From NCBI GenBank assembly GCA_002104945.1, contig MCFH01000141.1:1-27201 (forward strand): 27,201 nt of DNA. Direction: 5' to 3'. Source of the stretch: Piromyces finnis finn. Taxonomy: Eukaryota > Fungi > Neocallimastigomycota. The notes below the pieces were generated by a model. The model was not told where the DNA came from. It made no database searches and was given only the letters and a program-made list of their open reading frames with translations. The translations under genes were made by a program, and so were the position numbers. The first letter of the stretch is position 1; each line of letters opens with the position of its first letter. Below, in pieces: positions 24,922-27,201 of this stretch.

Positions 24922-26016
24922 ATTAATATAATTTATATTTTTATAATTATTATTATCTTTTTATTTTAGTTTATTTTTTCTATTCTACTGATATTTCTAT
25001 AATATTTTTAAACTAAATTCTTTTTTATTTACTTTATTACTAATATTTTTTTTTATATTCACTCTTTTTTTAATATGTAATAAAATAACTTTTACTTTGT
25101 TGATTTTTATATCATTCATATTATCACTGACTTTATTATCTTTTACTTAAATATAGTAAAATAAAAGTTTCATATTCCACTATTTATTTAATTCCTTTTA
25201 ATTATTATCATATAGATATCAATTTTTATAAAAATAAAAAAAAAAAAAAACTATTATTAGAAACTTAATTGAACCATCTTTGTGGTTGGTTCTTTTAATT
25301 TCACAATTGGTTATAAATCTTTCTTTTCAAAGTATAAATGCAACATCTTTTTAAAATTATATAATAATAGGTTTTTTTTATTTCAATTAAGCAATAATTA
25401 TTTAAATATTCCTAGCAAGGTTTATGATAAACCCTCATTTCCCTCTATGTTTATAATAAATAATAAAAAGCAGTAACAAAGATTATAATCCATTTCATAT
25501 TAAATAGGTTTTATACTCTGAAACTTTCTTTTTTATCATCTTTTTTTTTATTCTTCCTCTTTTTTTAAAAATTAAATAATAATAGAATACTTACCTTTAT
25601 GACTATCAAGCTGACAACTAGCCTTTTCTTTTAATATTTAAAAAAATTAAAAAAAAAAAAATAAAAAAAAGAGAAATTCTTTTTTATTTATTTATTTTTA
25701 ATTTTAATTTAAAATAATCAATGGCGTATATATAATAAGTTTATTATAATATATGTAATTCATTTATAATATATGTCATAACATAATAAATATTGGAAAT
25801 TAAATTGAAGAATTTAAGATCAATTTTAATTAAAAAATGGAATAAATTTTTAAAAAAATTTCTAATTTTTAAAAATAATTTAAAATGAATGAATATTATG
25901 GTCAATAGTTTAATGAACCACATTAAAAATATTTTAATATAAAAGAAAGAAAAATTTCAAAAAAATTTTAAAAAACTTTTCTTCTTTTTTTTATAAAAAT
26001 TTTAAAATGAAACGGG
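24922..26016 (-). repeat. Inverted repeat A, right arm (~1.09 kb)
   Basis: Reverse complement of 13165-14335. It has real substitutions (gctagGaat vs gctagAaat; attatGttatgac vs attatAttatgac) and lacks the 55-bp duplication found in the left arm. Confidence 0.95.
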
Positions 26017-27201
26017 TTAAAGTAATTATTACCTTTAAAATTAGAATTATTAATGTTTTCATTCAACTAATTCCAATTTTATATTTAATATTTTTTTTAG
26101 GATATCTTTTTTTCTATATCAATTTTAAATAAATGTGAATCAAAATATATCAATTTGTATTAATTTTTGATAATTCTGAATGAAAAAAATATTCCTTTAA
26201 GTTTAAGCATTTCTATTAAATAGATACATTTTAATATTTTATATATATGTTATATTAATGCATAAAATCATTAGTAAACTTTTTAAATATTTCATCAACC
26301 TAAAAAAAATTAATAAAATATATAATATATAAAATGCTTTATTTTTACTTTTTTTAATAATTATAATAAAATAAAAATAATATTTTGTTATAATAATATA
26401 TTTTTTAACAAAAATATTAAATAAATTTTTTAGATATTCCACGATTTAAAATATAAAAATAATTTAGGTAATAAATTAAATAAAAACAAGAAAAGAAATA
26501 ATAATCAAACAAAAATTTTATCAATATATTTTTTCTAACCAAATACAATAATACATTTTTACACAATAAATGAAATTAATTTAATATAAAAAATAACTTC
26601 AAATTAATAAATAATACTTTCATTAATTAAACCATATCACAATATTCATAATATTACAACAAATTAATGAGTAAAAAAAATATTTTATAATATTAAGAAA
26701 ATTTTAAAAAAAATTCCTGTTCTATTAATTTCTTTTAAAATAATAAAAAAATTTAGATTAAAATAATAATAATGATTTAGAACTTTGCTTATAATTTATA
26801 GAAGCACAAAAAGTTTAAAAAAAAAAAAATTTTAAATTGATTTATGAAATGTAATTTAAAAATAAAAATTTTAATCAAATTTAAATCATAAAATTATAAT
26901 ATATTGAAATATTTTGAAAAATATATATAAAGCATATTATAGTACGTTTTTCAAAAATATGCTAACATATTATAAATAATAATATTCATAAAATATAATT
27001 AAATAATAATTAAGATAATAATAGTATTTTATTTTATAAAAAAAAGTGGAATTCTTTTAATTTAATTATTAAAAAAATTTTTTTCTCATCTTACTGTAAT
27101 AAATATTTAGATTGTTATTATAAAGTGTTAAAAAATTCAAATGTATTATTCAGTTTTTTGACAATAAGTAAATATCAAAATTGATTTATTGTTTAAGATA
27201 A

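Larger units (their letters stand above)
13161..26020. mobile_element. Putative non-autonomous piggyBac-like large-TIR element (~12.85 kb) carrying LRR paralog B
   Basis: TTAA (13161-13164) is followed by CCC at the outer edge of the left arm. GGG (26014-26016) is followed by TTAA (26017-26020) at the outer edge of the right arm. Similarity between the arms fades within a few bases outside the TTAA. TTAA duplications and CCY termini are the piggyBac hallmark. No transposase ORF is visible, and the ~25 bp after CCC are diverged between the ends. Confidence 0.45.

Noticed and set aside
10842-26442. Short F/I/Y/L/K-rich ORFs (10842-11042, 12969-13151, 14227-14427, 22925-23134, 25282-25476, 26239-26442)
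   Set aside because: Their composition is what AT-rich or microsatellite DNA yields by chance, and no motif is recognisable.
1-27201. rRNA, tRNA, CRISPR array, transposase, reverse transcriptase or viral genes
   Set aside because: No recognisable sequence support anywhere in the window.

Overview
Extremely AT-rich eukaryotic-looking DNA (roughly 85% A+T by eye) with long A/T homopolymers, using the standard genetic code. The composition and the LPKEIGNL-type LRR genes suggest an anaerobic gut fungus (Neocallimastigomycota), but this is inference. The only recognisable coding content is a family of apparently intronless, cytosolic-looking LRR-only genes built from 23-aa repeats with shared unique N- and C-caps. 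Paralog A is present twice, tail-to-tail (<1-1980 on +, 8346-10878 on -), and carries true premature stops. Paralog B (16912-~19020 on -) is broken only by single-base indels. The window is dominated by inverted-repeat architecture. (i) A palindrome of at least 10.3 kb is centred on a T18-cctttttag-A17 hairpin at ~5160. Its arms differ almost only by small indels, so it may be a fold-back sequencing or assembly artefact. (ii) A ~12.85 kb segment (13165-26016) is bounded by TTAA|CCC...GGG|TTAA and ~1.1 kb diverged inverted repeats. This is a piggyBac-like end signature, but no transposase is visible and LRR paralog B lies inside. (iii) A second ~0.73 kb inverted-repeat pair (20162-20890 / 24083-24823) is nested inside that segment. 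Base-level quality looks low (frequent homopolymer indels), so frameshifts alone do not prove pseudogene status.
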